NCBI RefSeq assembly: GCF_009914755.1
Contig: NC_060927.1
Direction: 5' to 3' (one strand)
From: the human T2T-CHM13v2.0 reference genome, Homo sapiens
DNA: 64,000 nt
In this document: in pieces, positions 1 through 12,134 of the stretch
Layout of the letters: every line of letters starts with the position of its first letter
How positions within the stretch are numbered: position 1 is the stretch's first letter
The notes under the pieces: model-generated
Databases searched by the model: none
What the model was told of the DNA's origin: nothing
What the model saw: the letters and a program-made list of their open reading frames with translations, nothing else
Position numbers and translations under genes: made by a program

Positions 1-442
1 TCTCTAAATAGCAAACTTAATACATTTTACATCCCCTATTCCCATCCTGCCCTCTCCCCTCAAAAAAAAGTGTGAGTAAACATATGCAATTTTTCCACTA
101 GAGACCATTGAAAGCATTCAGCCACTATGGGTCAATACAGAAGAGTCTATTCAAAAACACAACCAAAAGCAAACAGGAACACTAAAAAAAGGAAAAGAAG
201 AGGGAGACAGATACAGAGAGGCAGATAAAAAGATGGAGGAAGAAGCAGCAGAGGAAGAAGAGATTGAGTAACTTTAAAAACAGGGGCATATTAATCTTAT
301 ATACAATCTAAAATGCCTCCCCATCATTTGATTTTAATCTCTTCTGCTTGAACGCTTACAAGATGTCTGTAATTCATCCCTCACAAGTTTATGATTTGGG
401 ATTAACTCTATCCCCTATCCTAATCTATGTCTTATGCATTTT

Positions 443-510
443 GTGTGTGTGTCCGTGTGGGTGTGTGTCTGTGTGTGTATACATGCACACATGTGAGAGT
501 ATGTATGTGT
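443..510 (+). repeat. Imperfect (TG)n microsatellite
   Basis: tgtgtgtgtgtccgtgtgggtgtgtgtctgtgtgtgtat... Confidence 0.85.
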
Positions 511-1919
511 GAATGGGTGGGTTGGGTTATTGAAGGTCAAAGTAGGGTAGGAAGAAGAATGACAGAAATAATCATATTATAAAAATAGAATATAAAAAGT
601 CAAAACTCAGAAAAATGCCCTAACTCTGAAAAATGACAAAAAATGATATTTTCCAAGCAAGTCATAATATAGAACTATTTAAAGCAACAGACAATTATGG
701 CACTATCAGATTAAAAAGGATATTGACTATATTCTAGAATTTGCCATTATATGGAAATACACCCTTCACTTGTAAGCATCTTCATAGAATGCATGGTTTG
801 TTTCACAATATAACGAAACCCATATATTAAGACCCTTTTGTTCTTTTTAAAAACTAATGTTGCCATTAAAGTTTACAGACTTAATTTCACAGGGCAACTG
901 CTGCTTAACACTAATGAAACAACAGCGCAATACATTACTACTAAATAGAAACATGTATATCTCCATATTACATATGAAGAAAAAAATTTATGTACTCCAA
1001 TGAATAAAAGGAGAAACTTGGGCCTGCATGGCTCACATTTCAAAACCATACAGTCCATGCACAAAGCTTTTGATCAGTTTTATTTAAAATAAATAGAAGC
1101 CCTAGTAAGAAGAGAAAAATTAACCTGCCTCGTATATGCAAATGTGAAAGCTTCTTAGGCAAAGGGAATGCACAGGGGCGAGGGAGGTGCAGTCACACAC
1201 AGCCGACTTTGGTACAAATATGCCTTATCTGTATTCCAGAGCTTTCAGAATATTCACCGGAATTAGTAATTGGTAATCAGCAACTTTCGGCTACTTTACA
1301 TTCAGGGAGGCGGCCAGACCAAGTGAGTAGCAGGCATCAGATTAGATCACTAGCTATATTGTTCGGGTTGATTTTAATTGCCTGAAAAGTGTCATTACCA
1401 TCTTCTGCAATGCATTAAGTTATTTTAAAAGTGACTATTTCTATGCAAGAAATAAAATGAACTGCGATTGAGTTAGAACCTGCATGAAGCATTCAGTTGG
1501 GGCCCTGCCCTAGTGGCATCAAAATCCTGCCCAAGCCTGACCACACTGATAAACAAACATATTTGCTATCTGCAGAACTTTTCAAACGTAGCATGGGGAA
1601 GTCAACACAGATTCCCAAACCAAAGACACAGAGAACCACCCAAATGTTATATCCTGGCTTATAAAATCCCAAGACTTCCATTTCCATACAGGCATCTGCA
1701 AGGTAAAGGAGTTCATGATATTTAAGAACAAGACAAATATTTGCATGGAAAAAGATCCATGGAAGTGGAATTTTTCAATGCTAGAACACAGTTGCAAAAT
1801 TATCACATTAGTGTATGCTGACATGGAAATGTCACCTCTCAGGACATTTGTTCTTTAAGTTAAAATCCTAGAAACATGAACCTCTACATGGGATAAAACC
1901 GTGTAGGGCTATACACATA

Positions 1920-2135
1920 TTCATGAAATCAGGTTTAAAAAATGATGACAACTGAATAAGGTCTGCAGTCTAGTTAACAGTAATGTACCAATGTCAATTT
2001 CCTGGTTCTGGTATTGCAGGACAGATATATACAATGTCACCATACGGGGAAGTTGGATGAAGATTATACAGAACTCTTTGTACTATGTTTTACAACTTCT
2101 GTGAGTTTAAAATTACTTTAAAACAAAAAGCTAAA
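1920..2135 (+). mobile_element. Old L1 (L1MC/L1MD-type) 3' end
   Basis: atgtaccaatgtcaatttcctgg...ggaagttggatgaag...gaactctttgtactatg...acaacttctgtgag, the typical L1M 3'UTR terminus. Confidence 0.7.
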
Positions 2136-2929
2136 AAATGCAGATTAGCAAGCTGTACCCCAGAGATGATTCAGAAAATCTTGTAAGGGCTAAGGTATCA
2201 CCATTATTTCAGCAGAACCCCAGTTAACCTTTCTGCAGAAACATCAGAAGTTGAGAAACAGTGCAAGTGAAATAGACTATTCTCGGCTCTATGACAGGGG
2301 CTTCCTCTTTGAAGGATGACTGGTGAGACTGTTTAATGCCTACAAAATTTCCCCCATTTATAAGTAATTATTTATGGTTTAGGAAGATGTGCTTTTGATT
2401 TGTTGTGATGCAGTCATTTAGTTATTTCTTTCATACGCTAATGTTTCACTCCAATAAAATAATGAATTTTGAGAACTTCCCATTACTTCCTTGCACTAAA
2501 ATCAGCTCATTACTTCAAGGACCAGTCCTCGGTGCTCACAACCTTTGGCTTATGCTTCCTTTAGAGCATATGTTTGTCACAGAATTTTCTAAATTCAGAT
2601 CATATCAAGATGTTCATCTGTTGTCAACTAATGATTTGTCACTCAGAAACTCTGCAAAATAAAATAAAATCTTTATACACTAAAATAAATTTTAGCCCTA
2701 GAAAAAGAAGCCCCACTATAACTATAGCTGCACTTCATGCCAATTAAAAAGATTAGACTTTCTATCTTTCCAGAAATATTTACCAAAGTCTTAACATGTG
2801 CATGCTACTCCATCAATAGACTATCAGGAAAAGCAGATATTAAACAATTTTACAATATTAATTAGATTATAATACATTTACCCCCTAAAGGAGAAACAAA
2901 ATTTAAATGGTCGATTGTAGATAGCATAG

Positions 2930-3720
2930 AGGTCAAACCTAGTCTAGGGGGACAGTCAAGGCTACCTGGAGGAATGGCTAGGTTGGGTATCACCTTGACA
3001 AATGGTAAGGTTGGAAGTAAAGAGCTTTCCTGAACGAAACAACAAAGAATTGAGGGTGGAAATGAGTCAACACGGGAATAAGGAGAGTGGAGTGGAAGTC
3101 ATGGGTGTTCCAAGCACATGCAAGAACACTGAAGCAGGGCCATGTTGAGTTTTCAAGGAAGTTTGAAAAGACCCATGTATTATAGCTGGAGTGTTAAGTA
3201 TCAGGGGAGAATTAGGGAGAAGTCACATACAGACAGGCTGCATCAGTAGCATATTTTTCTCTATGCAGTGGGTGTCCAGTGACCCAAGGGGTCGGCCTCA
3301 TGGATTAATACAGCACTGCGTGTCAAATAGATTGGAACAAGAAAGAGAGTGAGGAGAAAGTCATTTCTTAATCTCCTGCATTTAGGTGAGAAGTACTTAA
3401 AACCCAGCCTGGCACATTGCTTGAATGAATGTTCTTGTATTTTTAATCGGTGGACTGGCTACAATGGCAAAGGGAGAAGATGGTGACAAAGACCACTGAC
3501 TCCAGATGCCTTGATGACCCCAATGATAGCTAAAGGAAGAACAGACCACCTAAGCTCTTAGGAAACGGATTGAGAGGAAAAATGATAATTCCATTTTGGA
3601 CAACATTGGTTTGAAGTAGCAGGTGTCCAAGAGATGTACGAGATCACGGGCAATGTGACAGAAAGAATACTGTCAAAGTCAGCTGCAGACTTCTGCTGAA
3701 TACGGACCTTCTTGACAGGA
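2930..3720 (-). mobile_element. Degenerate L2 fragments
   Basis: Purine-rich L2-like motifs (ttccattttggaca...ttgaagtagcaggtgtccaag). Confidence 0.5.
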
Positions 3721-4058
3721 TCTTTGGTTACATATGGCAAGCTCAGCAAACCAATAAGCTTAGTTGTCATAGGTTTATCAAACTCCACTGTGGGCCAGAT
3801 ACTTTGACAGAAGCTGCTTTGCAATAATGCATAAAATAGATGTGGTAACTGCTTACAAGGTACTTACAGAATATAAACATACAATCAGGTAAGGAAATGT
3901 ACAGTTCCAAGTTATACTAAGCATACCAAGGAAATGAACAGAAAGAGCCTATCAGAAGTGCCCTCATTCAGGGTAGGAAGGAAATCAGAGAGCCCTCTCT
4001 AAGCAAATGATATTTACACTGTGGCCTAAGGGATGAGTAGCAGTCAAAAACTCTATGT

Positions 4059-4366
4059 GGGCCAGACTCAGCGGCTCACACCTATAATCTCAGCACTTTG
4101 GGAGGTCGAGGTGGGCAGATCGTTTGAGTTCAGGAGTTCAAGAACAGCTTTGGCAACATGGTGAATTCCCATCTCTACAAAAAATCCAAAAATTAGCCAG
4201 GGCATGGCGGTGTGTGTCTATAGTCCCAGCTACTCAGGAGACTAAGGTGGGAGAATCACTTAGCCCAGGAGGTCGAGGTTCCAGTGAACCATGATCGCAC
4301 CACTGCACTCCAGCCTGGGTGACAGAGTGAGACCCTGTCGAAAAAAACAAAAATGAAAAAAAAAAA
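4059..4366 (+). mobile_element. AluJ-type element
   Basis: Dimeric Alu with A tail; degenerate TSD aaaaactctatgtg / aaaaaccctgtgag. Confidence 0.95.
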
Positions 4367-4419
4367 CCCTGTGAGTTTGTGTGTGTGCACACGTGTGTGC
4401 GTATGTGTGTTTAGGCGTT

Positions 4420-4870
4420 AGGGCTGGACAGGGCTACTGGGCAAAAGAACAGAATGATCCCTAAGATAGGAAAGAGCTCAACACATCTGCAGAAATGAAA
4501 AAGGGTCTAAGAAGCTCTTGTTCCTAAAAGCTTGCTAGGAATTGTCAAAGGGACAGTAGTGTTTAAATCCCACACAGCCTTGCAGGTAATATTTAATAGT
4601 TTGGATTTTATTCTGAGTTCAATGAAAAGCCATTTAAGCATTCTGAGTAGATGAGTACTAATTTAACTTACATTAAAAAAAAAAGAAGTCTTGGCTGCTA
4701 TGCAGGATGATTTGGGGGAAGAAGTACGAAAGGAGCCAAGGAAGCCAGTGTAGTTATCCCAGGAGAGAAGATGGGGACTTGGAGAAGGAGGACGTGGGTG
4801 AACATGGAGGGAAGTGGGCGAATGTGAGAGATATTTCAGGGTTAGAACCAAAAGGACATATAAGGTCTGA
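4420..4870 (-). mobile_element. L2 fragment
   Basis: ttggattttattctgag...aatgaaaagccatt...gagatatttcagg, L2 3'-region motifs. Confidence 0.65.
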
Positions 4871-7529
4871 GTTGTACTAGTTCCCCAAAATAAAAGCACT
4901 TGAAGTATTGTGATGGTGTCAAGATTTACCCTATTAAAACAGTATACTGACAGCCTCATTTATCAGTAATATAATCAAGCAGTTTTGAAATATGGATCTC
5001 ATATCTTAACATCTGAAAGGTAATCAAAGTCAAGGGACTTAAAAAACAAATGGGACAAAATTGTTCTCTTGTTTTAGAACATAGGAAATTTACAAGCTGA
5101 GTTATAAAGGCACCTAAGAGAATGCTATGGAATCACTACAACATAGATAATCTATGTCTTCAAATGCCAATAGGTCTGCAACAAGAAATATGCAAACTCA
5201 CTGAATTATTTTATCCTACTTAAGAAAATAGTCATTTTTCCTCATTCCTTGCAAGGCAGGTTCTTGCACAGTAAAGATTCTACAAATATTTACATTCCAA
5301 GTAGCAAAGCTGTTTGAAATGCTATAAAGTTCTGCCAGCACTTCTATTACAAACCCTTATTTCTTGTTTATAACATGTACATAAAAGGGGGAAAATAAAA
5401 ATGTACTATGGATTGAAACTTGGCATACAAAGTTTCAACCAGGGAGTGCATTTCTCCTGCAGCAATTTTTCCAAAGAAATGTCCCACTGTGTTTAAGAGA
5501 TGAGTGCAGGGGAGACTATAAGATAAAAACCATTTACAACACTCGATCCATTTCTGAAATGTTTATACAAATTGGATATGAGAATGAGATCTGTCACCCC
5601 TCAATTTCAAAGAAATGTTCTATCTTAAACTGTTCCGTGGCCCCATATTCTCTTGCCAACTATCTTTGCAACAATGATATTCTCCATTGCACTTTTTTCA
5701 AGCATAAGAAAGGAAACTGTCCACCAGCATTAAGTGATTAATTATATATGCATGTTAAAAGTATATGCATATGCATGTGTGCATATTAAAAACTACAAGT
5801 GAGCACCTTAAAGATGCTCACCTTCATAGAGACAAAGTACCTTGCTAAGATAAGAAGGCTTAAAGGCAGACTGGTGGTGACAACTAAATCAGAGACAGCA
5901 GGCAAACATGCACAGCATCAATAAATCCTCCTGCCATCTGAATATATTCCACTACATAAAATTAACATTAGTTTTACTGCTAACAACTTACTAACTGGTG
6001 ATTGGAAACCAGTCAAAGCTTCTCTGTTTTGTAGTATTGCCACAGTATAGCGATATACAGATCTGACAGTTTGGAAGCAGCAATTATATCTATATACTAT
6101 TTCAGCATGAACCATATTAAGAGTTAATGAGAACTTCAAGTTGGACACTTAAATTTTGCAGTAAAAACAAAGCTGGAAGATGTGTACTGAATGTGTGAGA
6201 AGGAGTTAGGAACTTGTAAAAGAGAAAGATGCATATTTTGCAAGCAGAGAAAAGAGGCTATTAGTTTGTAATAACTGGGCATATATGAAATGTGACAGTG
6301 ATAAAATTGAACATAAATCAGCAAAGGAAAGGCTACAGCTTGTTGTCCACGGCTAATCTTCTCTCTACTTGAAAGTGCTCAGCACTTTGCTCCTATTAAA
6401 TGCTTTGTTGCCATTTTAAGGTACACTTGGGCTATCTGGTTGTGTTGTGAAGAATATTTAAAAGTTAGAGTTCTCCTGGAGAAATGAACTTAACATCTTC
6501 ATGTCTTCGGGCTGACATTAATGACATCCAGACAGTGAGGAGGACATGAGGCTGAATGTTATTGTCTGTGGCGGCCACAGCCTGAATCTATTACCCTGCA
6601 TATCAATTAGACACTCGGTGTCTCGGTTATCCTACTTTTAGACAGAAGGGCCACTTGCATGCATTCAGCCTTACTATTCATCTTATAAAAGTGTACAGCA
6701 ATTTGCTATATTTCCCTGGTGGATACTGATCATTTTGGGGGTCCTCAAACCACATGTTTACTCTCAACTAATTTCAAGCAAGTATTCAAAGACCAATAAT
6801 TCCCAACCCCACTCTTTATTATTTGCAAGCCAACATCCTTCCATTTAGTGAGGCTGAACCCGATCAGATTTCTTTAATGAACATTCACAAGGACCTCTCC
6901 CATTGCAACCAGTGACATGCACGTATTAGGCATCTTACAAATGTTGCACAAATTGATATGAATATTAACCTGCAGTCAACTTTCTCCCTAGTCCCATGAC
7001 CCACAAATGGTTAAAACCATGAACCAAGATGCCAGGTTACTGCAGCCAAAGTCAGGTTACTGTTAGTAAACACATCTAGCAAAGCAAAAGTAACACATTT
7101 GACTTGATATTGAGATATAAGCTCTTTCAAAGGCAATTACTCCTCCTTTCAATCTCTGAAGGGCTCTGACTCATTGTTCTGATTAATTCCTGTTTTTAAT
7201 CTATTTACAGATCAGGATTCTTTTTCAGCTAGTGTGATATTCATCTCTGTGGGGGTAGACAGAAACCACAGCACGTACAGTCTTCCTACTTTTTTTTTTT
7301 TTTTTTTAGTTATTCTTGCTTAATCATTTTAAAATTATTTCTGGATTTACCTACTCACCATATGAGCTGGGGTTTCTGACCTCCCTCCTGCACATCACGC
7401 CCTCCTTGTCTGTTGCTTTTTCTAGCTCTGTTTCCCTGCATCTTGGGTTGAGGTTAGCAGACTGGCTACCCCTTTCCCAGAGCTCTGTTCCCCTTTCTTT
7501 GCCTCTGAAAGGAGGTTTGCTGTCCTTAC

Positions 7530-7700
7530 CGTAGCGGACACCGTTTGTTATTAAATAATACCTCTGGACACATCTCCTTGTTGTAAATCAATAAGCAAAT
7601 GCAATACAGGGAAAGACATACGGATTGGAGAGTTGTACGGAGCTTTGCACAAGCAGAGCCCAGAAGCTGTTCGTTCATTTCACGCGACCAGAAAAAATTC
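7530..7700 (-). other. HIVEP2: Candidate alternative first/5'UTR exon; upstream boundary approximate
   Basis: Donor ACG|GTAAGG at 7530/7529 in unique sequence with retained CpGs. Upstream ETS site (cacttcctg, 7733-7741) and kB site (7884-7893). Gene name tentative. Confidence 0.5.
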
Positions 7701-7883
7701 CTGATGGTGCTATGACCCCGGTGCCCGGTTGGCACTTCCTGGTTTTCTGTTTCTGCTATTCTGTTACCTGCTTGGTTAGCTTTGCAGGCTCCTCAGAGAA
7801 CACAGAAACAGCTGAAACCAGGGTCCGAGCTCAGGAAACCTGGACTACAGCGCAGCAGGGTAAACCTGACAAATAAACGCGAC

Positions 7884-7893
7884 GGGGAATTCC
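7884..7893 (+). promoter_or_regulatory. NF-kB consensus site GGGGAATTCC
   Basis: Exact GGGRNWYYCC match inside the quasi-palindrome gacggggaattccgtc, between the two first exons. Confidence 0.55.
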
Positions 7894-8410
7894 GTCCCAA
7901 GCTGCTGATCTGTGAGTAGAAAGAAAATGCAGCTTAGAAAACTTGATCGCTAATGAAAGAATCGGCCACCCTAGCTTTCTCAGACCTGGGAATCTGGGCC
8001 TGGGGGGTGGTTCCAGCAAAGAGGTATCACATTCCCACATTCTGCATCATGCACCTGGAATTGTTCCTCAGCATCCCTAGGAGTCACAACTTTTTTCCCC
8101 CAACTTTAACTGGTCAAATCCACTGCGCGAAGGGCAAGCCCAAGGGACCTACCACTCAATTTTCAGCGCTCCAGCTGGGGATGCAGCCTTCCCAACCCGA
8201 AACCAATCCTCGCCCCAGAAGGGGAAAAATAATCTCCCCAGAGCAAGTCCGATGAGAGAAGCATCTTTTATTCTCGACCCGTCAGGTGCATTTCCCTGCA
8301 AACAAACTTCGGGGCTGAGGAGCCATGAAGCCAGGGCGTAAAGTTTGCCCTGGCAGGTGGCTCATCCCTGTGGCCCGGCCGGCGCCAGGAGTCGGGCATC
8401 CCGGACTTAC

Positions 8411-8800
8411 CTGGTCTCTGCAGCTCGCCAGACGCCCGCCCCGACGGCCCACTCGCCGCCGCCGCCGCCGCCGCCGCCACCGCCGCCGCCGCAGTTAGTC
8501 CGGGCCCGGGGGGCCGCCGTGCGCGCCCGCGTAAGCCGCCGCCGCCGCAGGCGCAGCACCCTCGTCCGCACGGTTCCCGGCCCAGTCCACGGCGCCAGCC
8601 CGCCCGCCGCTGCCACCGCCGCCGCCGCCAAGCGCCAGGCTGCTGTGGCTGCTGCCGGCGCCTAGCGAGCACTGCCCGTGCCTCCGCCACTCCGGCTCCG
8701 GCTCCGGCTCCGACGCGGACGCTGGAGGGAGGGGAGACCGGGCGGACTGGAGGGAGGGAGGGGCGGGGAGCGCGGCGGAGCAGCCAACTGGGTCCCGAGC
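8411..8800 (-). other. HIVEP2: Non-coding first (5'UTR) exon; upstream boundary approximate; gene tentatively HIVEP2
   Basis: Consensus donor CAG|GTAAGT (plus strand acttac|ctg, 8405-8413) at the island edge, with no minus-strand ATG in the exon. The exon itself is well supported. The gene name comes only from recalled locus architecture (two first exons ~0.9 kb apart, divergent transcript, large upstream gap), not from coding sequence. Confidence 0.55.
8455..8490 (-). repeat. (GGC)3 GGT (GGC)8 trinucleotide repeat in the 5'UTR exon
   Basis: Plus strand reads (GCC)8 ACC (GCC)3. Shorter GCC tracts lie at ~8535-8548 and ~8617-8629. Confidence 0.95.
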
Positions 8801-9139
8801 CTCGCGTCTGCGGCGCCCCCAGCGCCTCTGCGCCGGCCGGACCCCGCGCGGCCCTGCGCTCGGCCGCGTGCACCCACGTGTGTCCGGCCTCCGCAGGGCC
8901 CTGGGCGGCGGCGCGGGCTGGGCGGCGGTCACCGTGTCACCTCCGGGTGGCCTCGTGCCACGCAGTTAGGGCCCTCGGAACACGGGGTTAAGGCAGGAAT
9001 TCCACTTCTAGAAAAGCCTCCTGCAGCTGCGCTCCCACAAGTGCGCAAAGATTGCCAATTTTAATATTAAAGCGGATAATTATTAAGGGCTCACTAGGTA
9101 GCAGGTCGTGGACTGCGCTAAATCAATTAGTTCATGCAG

Positions 9140-9350
9140 TCCCCAGAGCAACCTGGATCTATTATTATTCCCGGATTTAGTGATGAGGAAATTGGTTTGC
9201 TTAAAGTTTCAATGAGTCAGTTGTGAGAATAATCGCAACTATATTCTGTCAAGGACCCTGTGAAGTAGATCTTACCACCTTTATTTGCCCAAGTATACAC
9301 ACAGTGGTGGGTTGGAGAACCCGGACTTGAATAAGCCTGTTGCAGTCCTG
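9140..9350 (-). mobile_element. MIR fragments
   Basis: tattattattcccggatttagtgatgaggaaatt; tttgcccaagtatacacacag. Confidence 0.55.
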
Positions 9351-9458
9351 AGCCTTTGCGCTGAACCGCTGGTGACTTACTTCCAGTCAAACCCGTGCAA
9401 ACACTGCAACTTTAGTTGTACGAAAAACAGTTGGGAACAACCTACCTGTCCTTCATTA

Positions 9459-9890
<432 letters not shown>

Positions 9891-9976
9891 GGTATTGTTA
9901 GGAGAACTTGGGACATGTACTGTTGATCGGCACAGGAAAGTTGGTACCTGTACCGTTTTTGTGCTTACAAGCACTT

Positions 9977-10008
<32 letters not shown>

Positions 10009-10278
10009 GCACCCTTTTGTGTGTATGTATCCATATTTATGCATTCACAATTTCTGAAAGGATGTCTAAGGATACTGTTAACAATTGTTAGTCCTAGTGA
10101 GTGAGACTGAAATTGGAGCAGAGGAGACTTTATACTTTTCATTTTATAATTCTCTGACATTGTTTTTAAAATGTATCACGTTGTCCCTTCATATTAAATA
10201 ATCTAGTCACATTTAATTAGACTTGACAGTTTATGGCCCTGTTTCCTCTCCTTGATCCTCTCCCTGTGATTCCTGCAG

Positions 10279-10453
10279 ATGGAATGAAGCAACACCTCAT
10301 CAAGAGAAGCAACCTGGGCAAACCAGGCCTGGTTTAACTGCACTTTCTCACGTTTGATCATTTTCTCAAGAGATACGTGCGTGGTCCTCTGCAATTCAGA
10401 ATGAAATCTGAACTTCTGGAAAAACTCTCCTAGAGGGGGTTTGAGGACAAGAG
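10279..10453 (+). ncRNA. Candidate exon of a divergent lncRNA from the CpG island
   Basis: Long pyrimidine tract plus CAG acceptor (10278), donor GAG|GTAAGA (10453/10454), 175 nt of unique sequence, no long ORF. Confidence 0.5.
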
Positions 10454-10552
10454 GTAAGACCCAGGTCAGTCAGATGCAAGGTGCCGCTCCCTACAGCAAA
10501 GTCAGCATGTAGGCCCCCTGCATTTCCAATTGCCACAAAGAAGTTGCTTGGT

Positions 10553-10830
10553 ACTTTGGAAGACTGAGGTGGGAGAATCCCTTGAGCCCTGGAGTTTGAG
10601 ACCAGCCTGGGCAATACAGTGAGACCGCCTCTCAACAAAAAATTTAAAAATTAGCTGAGCATGATGGTGTGTGTCTGCAGTCCCAGCTGCTTGGGAGGCT
10701 GTGGCAGGAGGAGATCGCTTGAGCCTGGGAGGTCCAGGCTGCAGTGGGCCATGATTGAACCACTGCACTCCAGCCTGGGTGACAGAGCAAGACCCTATCT
10801 CAAAACAGAACAACAACAATAACAAAAAAA
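10553..10830 (+). mobile_element. 5'-truncated AluJ
   Basis: Begins at actttggaagactgagg; TSD aaagaagttgcttg / aaagaaattgcatg. Confidence 0.93.
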
Positions 10831-12134
10831 GAAATTGCATGAATGGCTTGACCAGGTGATTTTTCCCTAGTCCCCCTTACTCTATGAGCATACAACAGGA
10901 TTCTTGAATACATTAGGGAACTTCTGGCCACATTTGCCCTCTCTCACTTTATCAGGAAACTGCTCATCCCTACAAGAGTAATAGCTGGATTACAAAAAAT
11001 TCCGGGGTTATTTATGTTTTAAAAAGAGGTTGGGGGAGACAGGAATAGATAGAGCACGCTGCTATAAATAAAAATCATGTGCTTTTTCCCCATCAGAATT
11101 AAATTGCAGTAAATTTGGACTCCTTAAGCTTCCTCTACTTAGCCAAAGGAAAAAGAAATAGAACAGGTACAGAAAGGTTGTTTATGGTTGTTTCAGTTGT
11201 TACTGGTTACTGTAAATAATCTTTTTGCTTGCAATCTGGGAACATGTTGGCAAACCCCCTGCAGGTGACAAAATGTTTTATTGGGTAGAACTGGTGTGTT
11301 CTGGAAGGAGCCGAGAGAACTTTACATGCAAATTATGCCCATGCCTTGCCCCTAGCAGGTGCAATTACTGCCATGCCCACATCCATCACAGGCATGGCTC
11401 TTCTTTTAATATTTTCAACTTGATGTCTCCTAATACATTTTTCTTCTAATACATACATATATACCTTGTCTAATGGGAAGGGAAAGAGCATTTTCATCAA
11501 GGAGGGGGAGCTGGCCACAGGCAGCAAAATGACAGGGAGAAAGACAGGAAAGAAGCTCCTTTAAATTAGAAAGAAATCTAAACCCTAACCCCTTCCAGCC
11601 CTCTCCAAATAATTAGTCATTTCTAAACTCAGATTACATTGCCTGTGCTAGTAAAAGCTGATTAGTGCTGGAAAGGGATTTAATGGAATTTTGAGTCTTA
11701 TGGTTGCAGTGGGGGGGTTGGTGGGGGCTGGCAGATCCTAAAAATTGTAGAAATAATGATGAACATTTAATATAAGCCACAGTCTCATAGACAGGTAAAA
11801 GGTGTATAAATATATGTATATAGAGAGACGTGAATCATTTTATACCCTCCCTTTGCCCAAAATGTAAAGCATAATGTGAGTCAACTGAAAGCCTGGTATT
11901 TACCAAAAGTTGATACACAAGGGCAGTTTTCAATACAATTTCCATCCAATTTCTGGGCCGGAAGCCCAGGAAATTAAAAAAAAATTAAAGGCACATGTGG
12001 GTCTTCTCAGTGTGAATGCCGGATGGAATTTTTATTGAATTTGGCCTCAACTGATTGTAGCATTATAAGCAATTCTGCAGTTAAGTTTCAGCAGCCATTT
12101 AGATGGCAAATCCCTTTTTTAGGGTATTATAACT

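Larger units (their letters stand above)
8250..9050. promoter_or_regulatory. CpG island / promoter of a minus-strand gene, probably bidirectional
   Basis: Abrupt very GC-rich, CpG-dense tract in an AT-rich background. GC box GGGCGGGG near 8761, E-box CACGTG at 8875-8880, (CTCCGG)n at 8690-8712, and G-runs at 8724-8768. Confidence 0.95.

Noticed and set aside
8268-9064. Long overlapping GC-rich ORFs (up to 201 aa) as canonical CDS
   Set aside because: Stop-codon depletion in a CpG island explains them. Starts are non-ATG, no domain is recognisable, and the 201-aa ORF runs through the splice donor. Retained only as a uORF hypothesis.
12093-12110. CTCF-like motif gccatttagatggca
   Set aside because: The spacing deviates from the CCASYAGRKGGC core, so the match is weak.
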